This document shows, piece by piece, positions 13,527-26,059 of a stretch of DNA of 64,000 nt. Where the stretch lies: contig NW_027266271.1 of NCBI RefSeq assembly GCF_022045235.1, forward strand, positions 25,792,001 to 25,856,000. Reading direction: 5' to 3'. Positions within the stretch are counted from its first letter, which is position 1; each line of letters starts with the position of its first letter. The notes beneath the pieces were generated by a model, which saw only the letters and a list, made by a program, of their open reading frames with translations, made no database searches and was not told the DNA's origin. The DNA is from Haliotis cracherodii. Taxonomy: Eukaryota. A program made the position numbers and the translations under genes.

Positions 13527-14165
13527 CCACACCTGTGGAGGAGTTAAGTACTCTACATACCACACATGTGGAGGAGTTATGGACTCTATATCCCACACCT
13601 GTGGAGGATTTATGTACTCTATATCCCACACCTGTGGAGGATTTATGTACTCTATATCCCACACCTGTGGAGGAGTTAAGTACTCTACATACCACACCTG
13701 TGGAGGATTTATGTACTCTATATCCCACGTCTGTGGAGGAGGTAAGTACTCTATATCCTACATCTGTGGAGGAGTTATGGACTCTATATCCCACGTCTGT
13801 GGAGGAGTTATGTACTCTATACACCACCTGTGGAGGATTTATGGACTCTATATCCCACACCTGTGGAGGAGTTATGTACTCTATACCCCACCTGTGGAGG
13901 ATTTATGGACTCTATATCCCACACCTGTGGAGGAGTTATGGACTCTATATCCCACATCTGTGGAGGAGTTAAGTACTCTACATACCACACATGTGGAGGA
14001 GTTATGGACTGTATATCCCACACCTGTGGAGGATTTATGTACTCTATACCCACATCTGTGGAGGAGTTATGTACTCTATACCCACACCTGTGGAGGAGTT
14101 ATGTACTCTATATCCCACACCTGTGATAGTACTCTATATCCCACACCCGTGACAGTACTCTACAG
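13527..14165. repeat. About 39-bp minisatellite (cacacctgtggaggagttatgtactctatatcc-type)
   Basis: Direct periodicity with small indels. Confidence 0.95.
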
Positions 14166-14449
14166 TGCTCTGTGTGCACCTGTTATCGCTTCCAAAGGTC
14201 AATACTGGCCAACTGCTTGACTTGGCCTTTGCCTCCAGGCTTGTGGACACATGTAGCAACTGCCCCTTGGCTGTGTCCATGGGAATCCGCACAAGTCCTG
14301 CTCAGCAAACATTGATCTTCACAACTACTAAATTGTTTCATTTACTTGCGGAGCAGTTGAGGGGCTTAGAATAATATTTAGTCCTAGAAATAAACTTATC
14401 TCATTCAAAAATATATATCCACAAAAATATAAAGTAAAAACCAAATGGC

Positions 14450-15645
14450 AACCAGTACAATGCTGCTCAATACAACCCTATCTCTCTACCCTTCCATTCT
14501 CTCCAACATCTGCACCTCCCTCACACATTACAACCACTGCTGCCCAATACAACCCTATCTCTCTACCCTTCCATTCTCTCCGACATCTGCACCTCCCTCA
14601 CACATTACAACCACTGCTGCCCTACACAACCCTACCTCTCTACCCTTCCATTCTCTCCAACATCTGCACCTCCCTCATACATAACAACCACTGCTGCCCA
14701 ACACAACCCTATCTCTCTACCCTTCCATTCTCTCCAACATCTGCACCTCCCTCATACATAACAACCACTGCTGCCCAATACAACCCTATCTCTCTACCCT
14801 TCCATTCTCTCCGACATCTGCACCTCCCTCACACATGACAACCACTGCTGCCGAACACAACCCTATCTCTCTACCCTTCCATTCTCTCCAACATCTGCAC
14901 CTCCCTCACACATTACAACCACTGCTGCCCAACACAACCCTATCTCTCTACCCTTCCATTCTCTCCAACATCTGCACCTCCCTCATACATAACAACCACT
15001 GCTGCCCAATACAACCCTATCTCTCTACCCTTCCATTCTCTCCGACATCTGCACCTCCCTCACACATTACAACCACTTCTGCCGAACACAACCCTATCTC
15101 TCTACCCTTCCATTCTCTCCGACATCTGACACCTCCCTCACCCATGACAACCACTGCTGCCCAACACAACCCTATCTCTCTACCCTTCCATTCTCTCCAA
15201 CATCTGCACCTCCCTCACACATTACAACCACTGCTGCCGAACACAACCCTATCTCTCTACCCTTCCATTCTCTCCAACATCTGCACCTCCCTCACCCATG
15301 ACAACCACTGCTGCCCAACACAACCCTATCTCTCTACCCTTCCATTCTCTCCAACATCTGCACCTCCCTCACACATTACAACCACTGCTGCCCAATACAA
15401 CCCTATCTCTCTACCCTTCCATTCTCTCCGACATCTGCACCTCCCTCACACATTACAACCACTGCTGCCGAACACAACCCTATCTCTCTACCCTTCCATT
15501 CTCTCCAACATCTGCACCTCCCTCACACATTACAACCACTGCTGCCCAATACAACCCTATCTCTCTACCCTTCCATTCTCTCCAACATCTGCACCTCCCT
15601 CACACATTACTGCCCAATACAACCCTATCTCTCTACCCTTCCCTT
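14450..15645. repeat. 77-bp pyrimidine-rich minisatellite, about 15 copies
   Basis: ccactgctgcccaa(t/c)acaaccctatctctctacccttccattctctcc... recurs every 77 bp. Confidence 0.95.
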
Positions 15646-17288
15646 TTCTCTTCAACAGTCCCACCTTTCCTGCACGTTGCCTGCCACCGGTACTCCAGCA
15701 CACAGACGACCCCCACATCTGACTGGAAGGTGAAGCTGTGGAATATCTCCCACTGACATATTCTTCGTCTTCCATCATAGATTATTGCAGCTGGCATTAC
15801 CCAATCCCAATTGCTCTGATAACACCATGCTTGGGATATCTCCCACAAAGGCCAGCCACTTAACAATATCCTTTTCTGTTGTCTTAGCTGCCACGGAAAT
15901 GTCAGGTGATGCATGGGTTATCTCCCCTTGGACATAGTTTGATTCCATTCTCCTCATGAGAATGTTCGTCACGCATTTTCCTCTTCACTCTTATCGAGTG
16001 GTAGATAAAAGGATATTACACCACTGATAATCATAGATCGCACATTTCCAGCTTAATACTGCAGTACCCTCCTATTATTCATTACTCTGCTGTATTCTCA
16101 TTGGTGGATTCCCCTGGGGTCAAGCCTGGCCAATTAGAGCCCTACATCATTAGTTATGGTATTGGCAGATGGTTACTGATGAGTCAATTGTAGAAACTAA
16201 GTCAATCCGATATTCAACTGTAATTGGTTCTGACTTGACCGCCTTTTCCTCTGTGAGTAACCCCAATCTGGTTGGAGGTTTTAATTCCCAATATCATTCT
16301 GAAACTTCATGAGATGTGAGACATATGGGTGTCAGCCAGTCTATTTAGAGTGTCAACTTATGTATTCTAAAATTCAGAATATTTTTAGGTCATTGTTGAG
16401 TAAATATAAGAGGTTGTTGTGCTCTCCACTGAGCTACGTTTTAAATTAAAAAAATCCATTTTAAACTTCTGAAGAGGAACACAGGGGAAATCACTTACTA
16501 GGGCTTGAAATTAATGTTTTTTTCAATGGCCTCCTTGAATTTTACTAGTCTCAGACTGGCAGACCTATCGTATTGACCATACTAAGCACCCTGCTCCACT
16601 AAGCAGCCAGTAGACCAATCTGTAAGTAATCTTAAGCACCCCTTCATAAATTGAAAATTTACATAACAGTCCAAATTATCTTGTGTAGTTTGCAGATTTA
16701 CAGAAAACAGAAGTGTAGAAGGGAACCCCACCGCCCCCACATATAGGTGAAGTATGCTCTGGAGATTGTAATAATTCCTTTGATACCAACACCCAGACTC
16801 ATGATACCTCCACAGACTCAGGCTTGTTATTGCACCATCATTACAACATGGTTCACTTAACACAAACAATAAATTGCACTTGTTCATAACTCAGACCAAG
16901 ACTGAATAACAAACCACTTTACTTGTTGTTTGTTTGTTTGTTTGTTTATTGATGGTTAACGCCACACTCAACAATATTCCAGCAATATGACGGCGGTCTG
17001 TCAGTGGTCAAGTCCGGCCCATCAAACCAGTGATTGACATCATGAGCCTCAATCCATGCAATTGGGATACGATGATATGCATACCCTATTTGTGTACATA
17101 CAAAAACAGGTAAACGGTACGGACAAGGTGTGGCATTGGGGACAGGTTGCTGAGGACAACTCTTAACCCTCAACGCCCACAGGATATTTGTTGAGTTGGT
17201 TTTAAACCCAAAGTTACCCTACTGCTCACTTCTGGTGGAGGGACAAGAAGACTAAGCTTACCATGGGGAGACAAACCCAGCTAAACAG

Positions 17289-17522
17289 TTGGTTGGTTGG
17301 TTTGTTGTTTAACGCCGCACTCAGCAATAATCGAGCAATGTAAATAATCGAGTCTGGACCAGACAATCCAGTGATTGATATTATGAGCATCGATCCACGC
17401 AATTGGGATCGATGACCAAGTCAGCGAGCCTGATCACCCGAACCCGTTAGTCGCCTTTTATGACAAGCATAGTTGCCTTTTACGGCAAGCATGGGTTGCT
17501 GAAGACCTATTCTACCCCAGAT
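17289..17522 (-). mobile_element. SINE family A, slightly 5'-truncated
   Basis: Perfect TSD ccagctaaacag at 17277-17288 and 17523-17534. Confidence 0.88.
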
Positions 17523-17652
17523 CCAGCTAAACAGACTACCAATGAACCGTTTTCATTCACCCAAGGTGAGGTAAGAAATTTGTCACTGACACCAGTTTGT
17601 ATAACTGTCTTGAAACTATAATCTAAAACAATTGTAGCTTCATTGACATTTA

Positions 17653-17790
17653 AGTGAGTATGGTTTTACACGGTTAATAGAAATATCACGGCGGGGGACA
17701 CCAGAAATGGGCTTTACACATTGTACCCATCTGAGGAATTGAACCCAGGTCTTTGGCGTGACGATCTAACGCTCTAACCACTTGGCTCAT
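17653..17790 (-). mobile_element. tRNA-headed SINE, family B, degenerate
   Basis: Matches 21617-21795 (ggggacaccagaaatgggct..acacattgtaccc). Confidence 0.75.
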
Positions 17791-18534
17791 TATCACCTGC
17801 ATCAATATTTAAACTAGGGGAGTGGAGAATGAAAACTGGCCTACAGAACTACTGGTCGGGTGAAAAACGAAGCGCATTTGAGCAGATACTAGTATCTGGA
17901 TAAGAGTTATATATAAAGGTATCATATAATATGATTACTACTGCAGTAGCATACACTTGGAAGCGTAAAGTACGAGTCACTCCTTCTTCATTAACTTTAT
18001 TAAATCATTATAACAGCCAGCTTTCACCACATTAATCACACCATAATCTATCAAAACACTTCTATTGGTAAATCATAGTGATGTCATATTTATATTTCCA
18101 GACACAAATCCCACATCGTCCAACTAATAATGTGATTCCAACACTACAGAATTCATTAAAATGATAGGACTTGCATAAATATTATTCATGCAAAATCACA
18201 GCTTGTGTGAGATAACACCAAAAGCTTAAGATAACAGTGGGTGAGCGTGTTCAAGTTGGAAATATTAAACAAAGGTCAAGTGGCAGTCTTCACAGAATCA
18301 TTCAACACATCAATCAATCACTGTGTTAGAAGTAGGGTAATTCACTATTTAGCTGTTCACACCATATCTGTAAGCTGATAAGATGTGCTGAATTATCTCC
18401 CTTGTTCTGTATCGTACATGAGGTTATGATAAACAGGAAATGGTCCCTGGTAAACTCATATCTCATGGACATCACCAATATATGAGGAACAAATATGCCT
18501 TGACAAGACAAGATATGGACTGTATGTGTGAGGA

Positions 18535-20811
18535 TACGGAGCACTGGGCATGGGGAATGTGTCAAGGGTCTCAATACAGTTCATACAGAGCACTGGGCAT
18601 GGGGAATGTGTCACGGGTCTCAATACAGTTCAAACAGAGCACTGGGCATGGGGAATGTGTCAAGGGTCTCAATACAGTTCATACAGAGCACTGGGCATGG
18701 GGAATGTGTCACGGGTCTCGATACAGTTCATACAGAGCACTGGGCATGGGGAATGTGTCACGGGTCTCAATACAGTTCAAACAGAGCACTGGGCATGGGG
18801 AATGTATCACGGGTCTCGATACTGTTCATACAGAGCACTGGGCATGGGGACTGTGTCACGGGTCTCAATACAGTTCATACAGAGCACTGGGCATGGGGAA
18901 TGTATCACGGGTCTCGATACTGTTCATACAGAGCACTGGGCATGGGGAATGTATCCCAGGTCTCGATACAGTTCATACGGAGCACTGGGCATGGAGAATG
19001 TGTCACGGGTCTCGATACAGTTCATACAGAGCACTGGGCATGGGGAATGTGTCAAGGGTCTCGATACAGTTCAAACAGAGCACTGGGCATGGGGAATGTA
19101 TCCCGGGTCTCGATACAGTTCATACAGAGCACTGGGCATGGGGAATGTATCCCGGGTCTCGCTACTGTTCATACAGAGCACTGGGCATGGGGAATGTGTC
19201 ACGGGTCTCGCTACTGTTCATACAGAGCACTGGGCATGGGGAATGTGTCACGGGTCTCAATACAGTTCATACAGAGCACTGGGCATGGGGAATGTGTCAC
19301 GGGTCTCAATACAGTTCATACAGAGCACTGGGCATGGGGAATGTGTCACGGGTCTCAATACAGTTCATACAGAGCACTGGGCATGGGGAATGTGTCACGG
19401 GTCTCGCTACTGTTCATACAGAGCACTGGGCATGGGGAATGTGTCACGGGTCTCGCTACTGTTCATACAGAGCACTGGGCATGGGGAATGTGTCACGGGT
19501 CTCGATACAGTTCATACAGAGCACTGGGCATGGGGAATGTGTCACGGGTCTCGATACAGTTCATACAGAGCACTGGGCATGGGGAATGTGTCACGGGTCT
19601 CGATACAGTTCATACAGAGCACTGGGCATGGGGAATGTATCACGGGTCTCGCTACTGTTCATACAGAGCACTGGGCATGGGGAATGTGTCCCGGGTCTCA
19701 ATACAGTTCATACAGAGCACTGGGCATGGGGAATGTGTCACGGGTCTCGCTACTGTTCATACAGAGCACTGGGCATGGGGAATGTGTCACGGGTCTCAAT
19801 ACAGTTCATAGGGAGCACTGGGCATGGGGAATGTGTCACGGGTCTCAATACAGTTCATACGGAGCACTGGGCATGGAGAATGTGTCACGGGTCTCAATAC
19901 AGCTCATACAGAGCACTGGGCATGGGTAATGTGTCACGGGACTCAATACAGTTCATACAGAGCACTGGGCATGGGGAATGTGTCACAGGTCTCAAAACAG
20001 TTCATAGGGAGCACTGGGCATGGGGAATGTATCACGGGTCTCAATACAGTTCATACAGAGCACTGGGCATGGAGAATGTGTCACGGGTCTCAATACAGCT
20101 CATACAGAGCACTGGGCATGGGGAATGTGTCATGGGTCTCGATACAGTTCAAACAGAGCACTGGGCATGGGGAATGTGTCACGGGTCTCGCTACTGTTCA
20201 TACAGAGCACTGGGCATGGGGAATGTATCACGGGTCTCAATACAGCTCATACAGAGCACTGGGCATGGGTAATGTGTCACGGGACTCAATACAGTTCATA
20301 CAGAGCACTAGGCATGGGGAATGTGTCACAGGTCTCAAAACAGTTCATAGGGAGCACTGGGCATGGGGAATGTGTCACGGGTCTCAATACAGTTCATACG
20401 GAGCACTGGGCATGGAGAATGTGTCACGGGTCTCAATACAGCTCATACAGAGCACTGGGCATGGGGAATGTGTCATGGGTCTCGATACAGTTCAAACAGA
20501 GCACTGGGCATGGGGAATGTGTCACGGGTCTCAATACAGTTCAAACAGAGCACTGGGCATGGGGAATGTGTCACGGGTCTCAATACAGCTCATACAGAGC
20601 ACTGGGCATGGGGAATGTGTCATGGGTCTCGATACAGTTCAAACAGAGCACTGGGCATGGGGAATGTGTCACGGGTCTCGCTACTGTTCATACAGAGCAC
20701 TGGGCATGGGGAATGTGTGACAGGCCTCGATACAGTTCATACAGAGCACTGGGCATGGGGAATGTGTCACGGGGAATGTGTCACGGGTCTCAATACAGTT
20801 CATACAGAGCA
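18535..20811. repeat. 49-bp minisatellite (acagagcactgggcatggggaatgtgtcacgggtctcaatacagttcat)n, about 46 copies
   Basis: Direct periodicity; explains the overlapping ORFs in all three plus frames. Confidence 0.97.
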
Positions 20812-21616
20812 TCTCACAAGTGTGTCTTTTGATATCAAACATTGTTCATAAAAGTTGAAATATGTTTTATAAAAAAGTCACTTGATGAGAGTTTATTTAT
20901 TACCCAACATCATTCTTCCAACTTCAGTTTTGTGTGTATAAGCAGTGTCTTGAGAGTGAAAATACAGCTGATCAGCATCAGTTGCAGAGATACTCGCGAT
21001 GTCATGGGATTGTGATGTCATGGTAACTGATGATGTAACAATGCAAAAACCTGGTATCATCACTATTTGAAAGTGATTCATAAACACATGCTTATGAATA
21101 TGATATAGTCTCTGGACTCAGCTTTTTGCCATCATGAACACACTTAATCCACGGTGTATCATAAATTTGGATATTCAGAAATTAAAAAGGGAATTAATAA
21201 TCAATGAAAAGGAAAGGGTACATACTTTCTAACCTTTCTGGAACTAAATCTTGTGGTCATATCAATGATTTAGTTCACCAATAAGTTGTCATTGACAGAT
21301 TAACTCCAGTAATGTGAAAAAATCCGGAAATGTTTGCAGACTAAGATGCCATTGCTTGCATTTTCACAATATACATTACAGAGGCGAACATGAGTTAAGT
21401 CTTGTATATAATCTAGTTATTCCAGCCTCTGTCTAAAACTATTTCGTTCAGTGTTATCACATATGTTAAAAAGTTAGTTTATAAATATATCGAGATCTCA
21501 CAACAGCGAGACTCCTTTCAAGATGCCAGCACCCAGCGAGTGATCGCATATCGATGTCGCCAGGGTTAACTGGTAAGTGATGTTCTATGGGATAGTATAT
21601 GTGACTCAAGGGAGGG

Positions 21617-21795
21617 AGTGAGTGAGTGAGTGAGTGAGTGAGTGAGTATGGTTTTACGCCACTTTCAGCAATATTCCAGCAATATCACAGCAGGGGACAC
21701 CAGAAATGGGCTTCACACATTGTACCCGTTGGGAATCGAACCCGAGTCTTCGGCGTGAAGAGCGAACGCTTTAACCGCTAGGCTACCCGACGGTC
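21617..21795 (-). mobile_element. tRNA-headed SINE, family B
   Basis: Minus strand: gtagcctagcggttaaagcg (A box), gggttcgattccc (B box), tail gatattgctggaatattgctgaaagtggcgtaaaacc + (actc)n. Confidence 0.9.
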
Positions 21796-22560
21796 CCATG
21801 ACGCAAGGGAGGTAGGTTGCTGGGGAATAACGGTTAGATGTTAGCCTGGTTGAGAGTGCTGTTGTGTGCACACGTACATGTCGTGTCATCAAATATATAA
21901 CCAATAAACAACGTTGACTCAAGATATCATCGTTGTGTCATATTCTGATCTAACAACTGTTACTAGATGAGCTTACTGGACCGAACAGAATTTACTAGAC
22001 TCAGGCTTCGGACTAGTGGTTTTAGTGAGACTGATATTTTAATTGTAGTCAACTGTAAAGCAGGGTTTGCAGACAGGCAGTTTCACTGGATGCTCCTGGC
22101 AACATGTTGTGAACACAAAACCACACAGGCCTACAACTAGAACAAGGTGACATGTCACCTTCACTTACAAGCACAGGATGTCGTGCTGGTGAACACACAT
22201 GCTGACATCAAATGTATTATGAAGGCCTCTCCATAAAAGGGAGATAACTCAGATATGAGCTTGCGTTACACCATTTTCAACATTATTCCAGTCATGTCAT
22301 GCATCAGCTTTAATGACGCAGTGATGTAGGTCGTAGATATTCACTACTTTGGTGAAAACCAAAATCATGAGTATGAAGCTGATAATCTTGGTGAACCTTA
22401 AATTCAAACCCATGACCAGAGGATCCTGGTATGTCTAAGGGATGTAACTCTAACTGTATAGCAGAGGGATTGGTCACGCAGACATAAAAATACAAAATGT
22501 GACAGACCATGCTTCAAGTGACTTGGCCATAAAGAAGGGCAGATAACTCTCGGAACATAC

Positions 22561-22878
22561 CTTCATCTGGAACGTAGAGAATGTTGTAGACTTCTTTCAG
22601 GGCCTTCTCAGCTGCATCTTGCTTGGCTGTCTTCTTGGCCAGCCCTGATCCGATGAAACTCTTGTCAGCAAGGCTTAGTGTCATCTCAAAGATCTTTTGA
22701 AGGTTGTCTCCCTTTTCCGCTGTCAGTTTGTAGACAGCATCTCTCCTCATCTCATTCAACAGCATGACGGGATGTTTGTTAGAAATCGTCAGCTTTGGCT
22801 CAGGGCCTACCGTATTTCTGCACTGTTCAATCAGGGCATTCATAGCAGCTCTCTGGTCAGCTTCATCAAGCTGTTGAT
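22561..22878 (-). CDS. Internal exon encoding an ADAR/ADAD-type double-stranded RNA-binding domain
   Basis: HPVMLLNEMRRDAVYKLTAEKG...FEMTLSLADKSFIGSGLAKKTAKQDAAEKALKEVYN fits the dsRBM fold with its KKxAK motif and resembles ADAR2-type dsRBDs; acceptor ttccgtttctacag|, donor |gtatgt; 318 nt, phase 1-1. Confidence 0.9.
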
Positions 22879-23425
22879 CTGTAGAAACGGAAGACATTCG
22901 TCATCCCCAACATGTAGAAGCACTAAGACTATCGTCCTTCAATAGGAATGAGAAAAGTTTTACCCCGTTTCGACAAAGATATAAAAAAACATATTCTTGC
23001 TTCTCAGAGCATGATTTGATATAAACATGCAAATTTTTGTCCCAATATACAAATAATATATACAAATAAAGTTTAAATATTTAGAAACAAAATTTAAACT
23101 AATAAAAAGAGGCCACCTTTACATCGAATATTTTCTTACAGTACATTTAAACAATGTGTTTTTGTTAATTTTAGTATTTTCCTATTCCAAATCTCACAAA
23201 ATCACAACTGTCAAAACAATACTAGCTGAAAAGGCCTGAGCTAAATAACAAACTTTCTGAAAGGATTCAAAAATAAGCAAATCAAATTATTAGTGTCAAT
23301 TGTATCAAGGAAACTCTACCACCAAGGAGTAATATGATCAAAGGGAAACCATGGGCTGGGAAAGTCAAGACCAACAACATGTAGGGTGTTTCCTACTGGA
23401 GATAGTTTATTGTCACTGACGAAGT

Positions 23426-23652
23426 TGGTTGGTTGGTTGGTTTGTTGTTTAACGCCGCACTCAGCAATATTCCAACTATATGACGGCGGTCTGTAAATAA
23501 TCAAGTCTGGACCAGACTATCCAGTGATTAATATCATGAGCATCAATCCACGCAATTGGGATCGATGACATGCATCAACCAAGTCAGCGTCACCTTTTAC
23601 GGCAAGTATGGGTTGCTGAAGACCTATTTTACCCCAGAATCTTCACGGGGCT
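23426..23652 (-). mobile_element. SINE family A, intact 5' end, internal deletion
   Basis: Perfect 11-bp TSD actgacgaagt at 23415-23425 and 23653-23663. Confidence 0.9.
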
Positions 23653-23969
23653 ACTGACGAAGTAAACTCATGGAATGTCTCTACACACACAATTAGTAAA
23701 TATTCAATTTTCAATATTCACAAATAAAATACATTTTGCCTGATAATATAATAAAAAGATATCAGTGCAAAATCTGATACCTGGCTTATTGATGTATTTT
23801 CAGATCATTTAGCAACAGCTGTGGGTAACTTGATTTATTCCGGAGTTGACTATATGTAACTGAGCCTCAAGATAGTGAGACCAGTGGTCGATAGTGAGAG
23901 CATTGAATAACACATGGTCTAGAGCAGGTGTGAATATTGATGTAACTATCACATTAGTATTGACAAGGT

Positions 23970-24215
23970 TTTTCGTTTGTGTTCTGTTTAACGTCGTGCC
24001 TTATTATTATTATTATTCCAGCAGCCTTTAAATAATCAAGTTGGGACCAGACAATCCTGTGATCGCTTTGTGAGCAACAATCCATGCAGTTGGGGTACGA
24101 TGACATGTAATCAACCAAGTCATCGAGTCTGACAATCTGATCCCATTGGCTGCCTCTTACCACCAGCATAGGATGCTGGGGACCTACCTACTCTAACCCA
24201 GATTCCCAAGGGGTG
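23970..24215 (-). mobile_element. SINE family A, degenerate
   Basis: Diverged match (ggaccagacaatcc...caaccaagtc...gcctcttac). Confidence 0.7.
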
Positions 24216-24344
24216 TTGACAAAGTTGAAACACAATTGCAGTACTATTGAAATGCCTCAATAGTCGGACGTATTGTTACACCCCTATTGTTGAGCCTGGT
24301 AACTCATCTACACGTACTTCACTAGCAGTGAGTCGGTAAGTGTA

Positions 24345-24480
24345 GTTAAATGCCTCGTAGGGGAATATTCTAGCAACATCATGGCGGGGGACACCAAAAA
24401 TGAGCTTCACACAAGCCGGGACACGAACTCAGGCCTTCTCCCTGACAAGTGAACGTTTTAACCACTAGGCCACCCCACTG
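24345..24480 (-). mobile_element. tRNA-headed SINE, family B, degenerate
   Basis: ggcgggggacaccaaaaatgagcttcacac...aaccactaggccacccca. Confidence 0.65.
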
Positions 24481-24804
24481 ACAAAAGAAATCTAACCACA
24501 AAGCAAAGCACCTATATTTTGACCTATCCAAAGATGGCTATTGGGCAATGGTTATCATAAACCGGTCATACAGTCAGTTTGGATAAGCGCTGCTTAGAAC
24601 AGTATTTCAGTTATGTCACAGTGTTACATCAGGATGTGACAGGAAGACAGGTATTGGACGTTTACAACTTTGGTGAGACCCATGAACAGGGTGTGGTGCT
24701 GACAAATACAGAAACACTCAGGATGAATCGGGGACACAAACACCTCTGTTTCTGGGACTCTAAGGGAAACAACTCTGCATAGAAGACTGTCACAGCGTAC
24801 ATGT

Positions 24805-25072
24805 TGGTTGGTTGGTTTGTTGTTTAACGCCGCACTCAGCAATATTCCAGCTATATGACGGCGGTCTGTAAATAATCCAGTCTGGACCAGACAATCCAGT
24901 GATTAATATCATGAGCATCGATCCACACAATTGGGATTGATGACATGCATCAACCAAGTCAGCGAGCCTGACCACCCGATCCCGTTAGTCGCCTCTTACA
25001 ACAAGCACAGTCACCTTTTACGGCAAGCATGGGTTGCTGAAGACCTATTCTACCCCAGAATCTTCACAGGTC
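24805..25072 (-). mobile_element. SINE family A, full length
   Basis: 5' end GACCTGTGAAGA; TSD cagc(g/a)tacatgt at 24793-24804 and 25073-25084; adjoins a degenerate family D SINE (about 24630-24790). Confidence 0.92.
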
Positions 25073-25589
25073 CAGCATACATGTGAGCAATTCATTTTGC
25101 TGTCTTGATTCTTACTCTGTTGAACATAAATTATTTTTTCGGATACGAGCATCAACACAAAACACGACATGTTATCCTGCTCCTTCACATCCGGCAGCCC
25201 CTAAAAACATAAGGTGGACCTTGTTCTTACATGTGAGGAAGGGGGTGTTTACTTGTGTGGCATATTATTTAGAGAGCCTGAATGTCTATTTACATTTGAA
25301 ACCTTCCACATAAACTACACACAATATTATCTCTTTCATATTGGCAATATTTTGATGCCTCTACAAGTTTCAATTGATAAGTTTAAGAAATATGATTCTC
25401 AAAATAAACACTTCCATGTATACAATTTTCTTTTATGTTAACATTACCTTCCAGTTACTCACATAATACAGGTCCTACAGTGTTTGCATGTACTAATTGG
25501 CCTGTAAAGATTCGGTAAAATCATTAACATCGTGTTTAAACATTTACAGAAATGACTGCAACTACACACAATTGTAAACTTTAACACAT

Positions 25590-25850
25590 AGTGAGTGGGT
25601 GGGTGGGTGCGTGCGTCCAGTTCAGCTCATCAGCTTGATGTGGGAGGAAAGCCTGAAGTATATGCAGGTGCTAGATGTTAACCATTTTAGTGAAACCCAA
25701 AAGCATGGCAGGCTGCTGACAAATCTAGAAACATAAATCAAGGCAAACCGTGATTCGAGCCCTCGATTATAGGTTTCTGGCGTGCCCAAGGGACACTACT
25801 CAGCACAGCGCAATGTAGTGCCTTAGACGACTGGGGCACCCATGCCTGCT
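25590..25850 (-). mobile_element. tRNA-headed SINE, family D
   Basis: Reverse complement matches 50812-51094 (gggtgccccagtcgtctaaggc...caggctttcctcccacatcaagctga). Confidence 0.8.
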
Positions 25851-26059
25851 TTTGCTTTCAATCCCACCACGATCATAGGTTCCTGACACACCTAAGGGAA
25901 GCAACTCTAGAACACACATGCTCCCTGTGACAGATACTACAGTGAAACCTGACAGTACTGTTCATGATATATGGTGAATATATCGTGTATGTAGACGTAT
26001 GTAGAGGTTTCAGTGTATGATGGATTCTAACACATGCTGCAAGATGTTCTTATTTCATA

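Noticed and set aside
18535-18600. 49-bp unit possibly derived from a SINE B-box region (catggggaat...cgggtct)
   Set aside because: Similarity too short to support
18440-20851. 610/459/427-aa ORFs
   Set aside because: A 49-bp unit cycling through all three frames; repeat artefact
21720-21795. tRNA gene-like A/B boxes (also about 10200-10260 and 50820-50920)
   Set aside because: They run directly into SINE bodies and tails, have imperfect cloverleafs and occur as multiple diverged copies, so they are SINE heads
22514-22897. 127-aa ORF as a single-exon gene
   Set aside because: The ATG lies within the acceptor tract and a strong donor exists at 22560; better explained as internal exon 22878-22561
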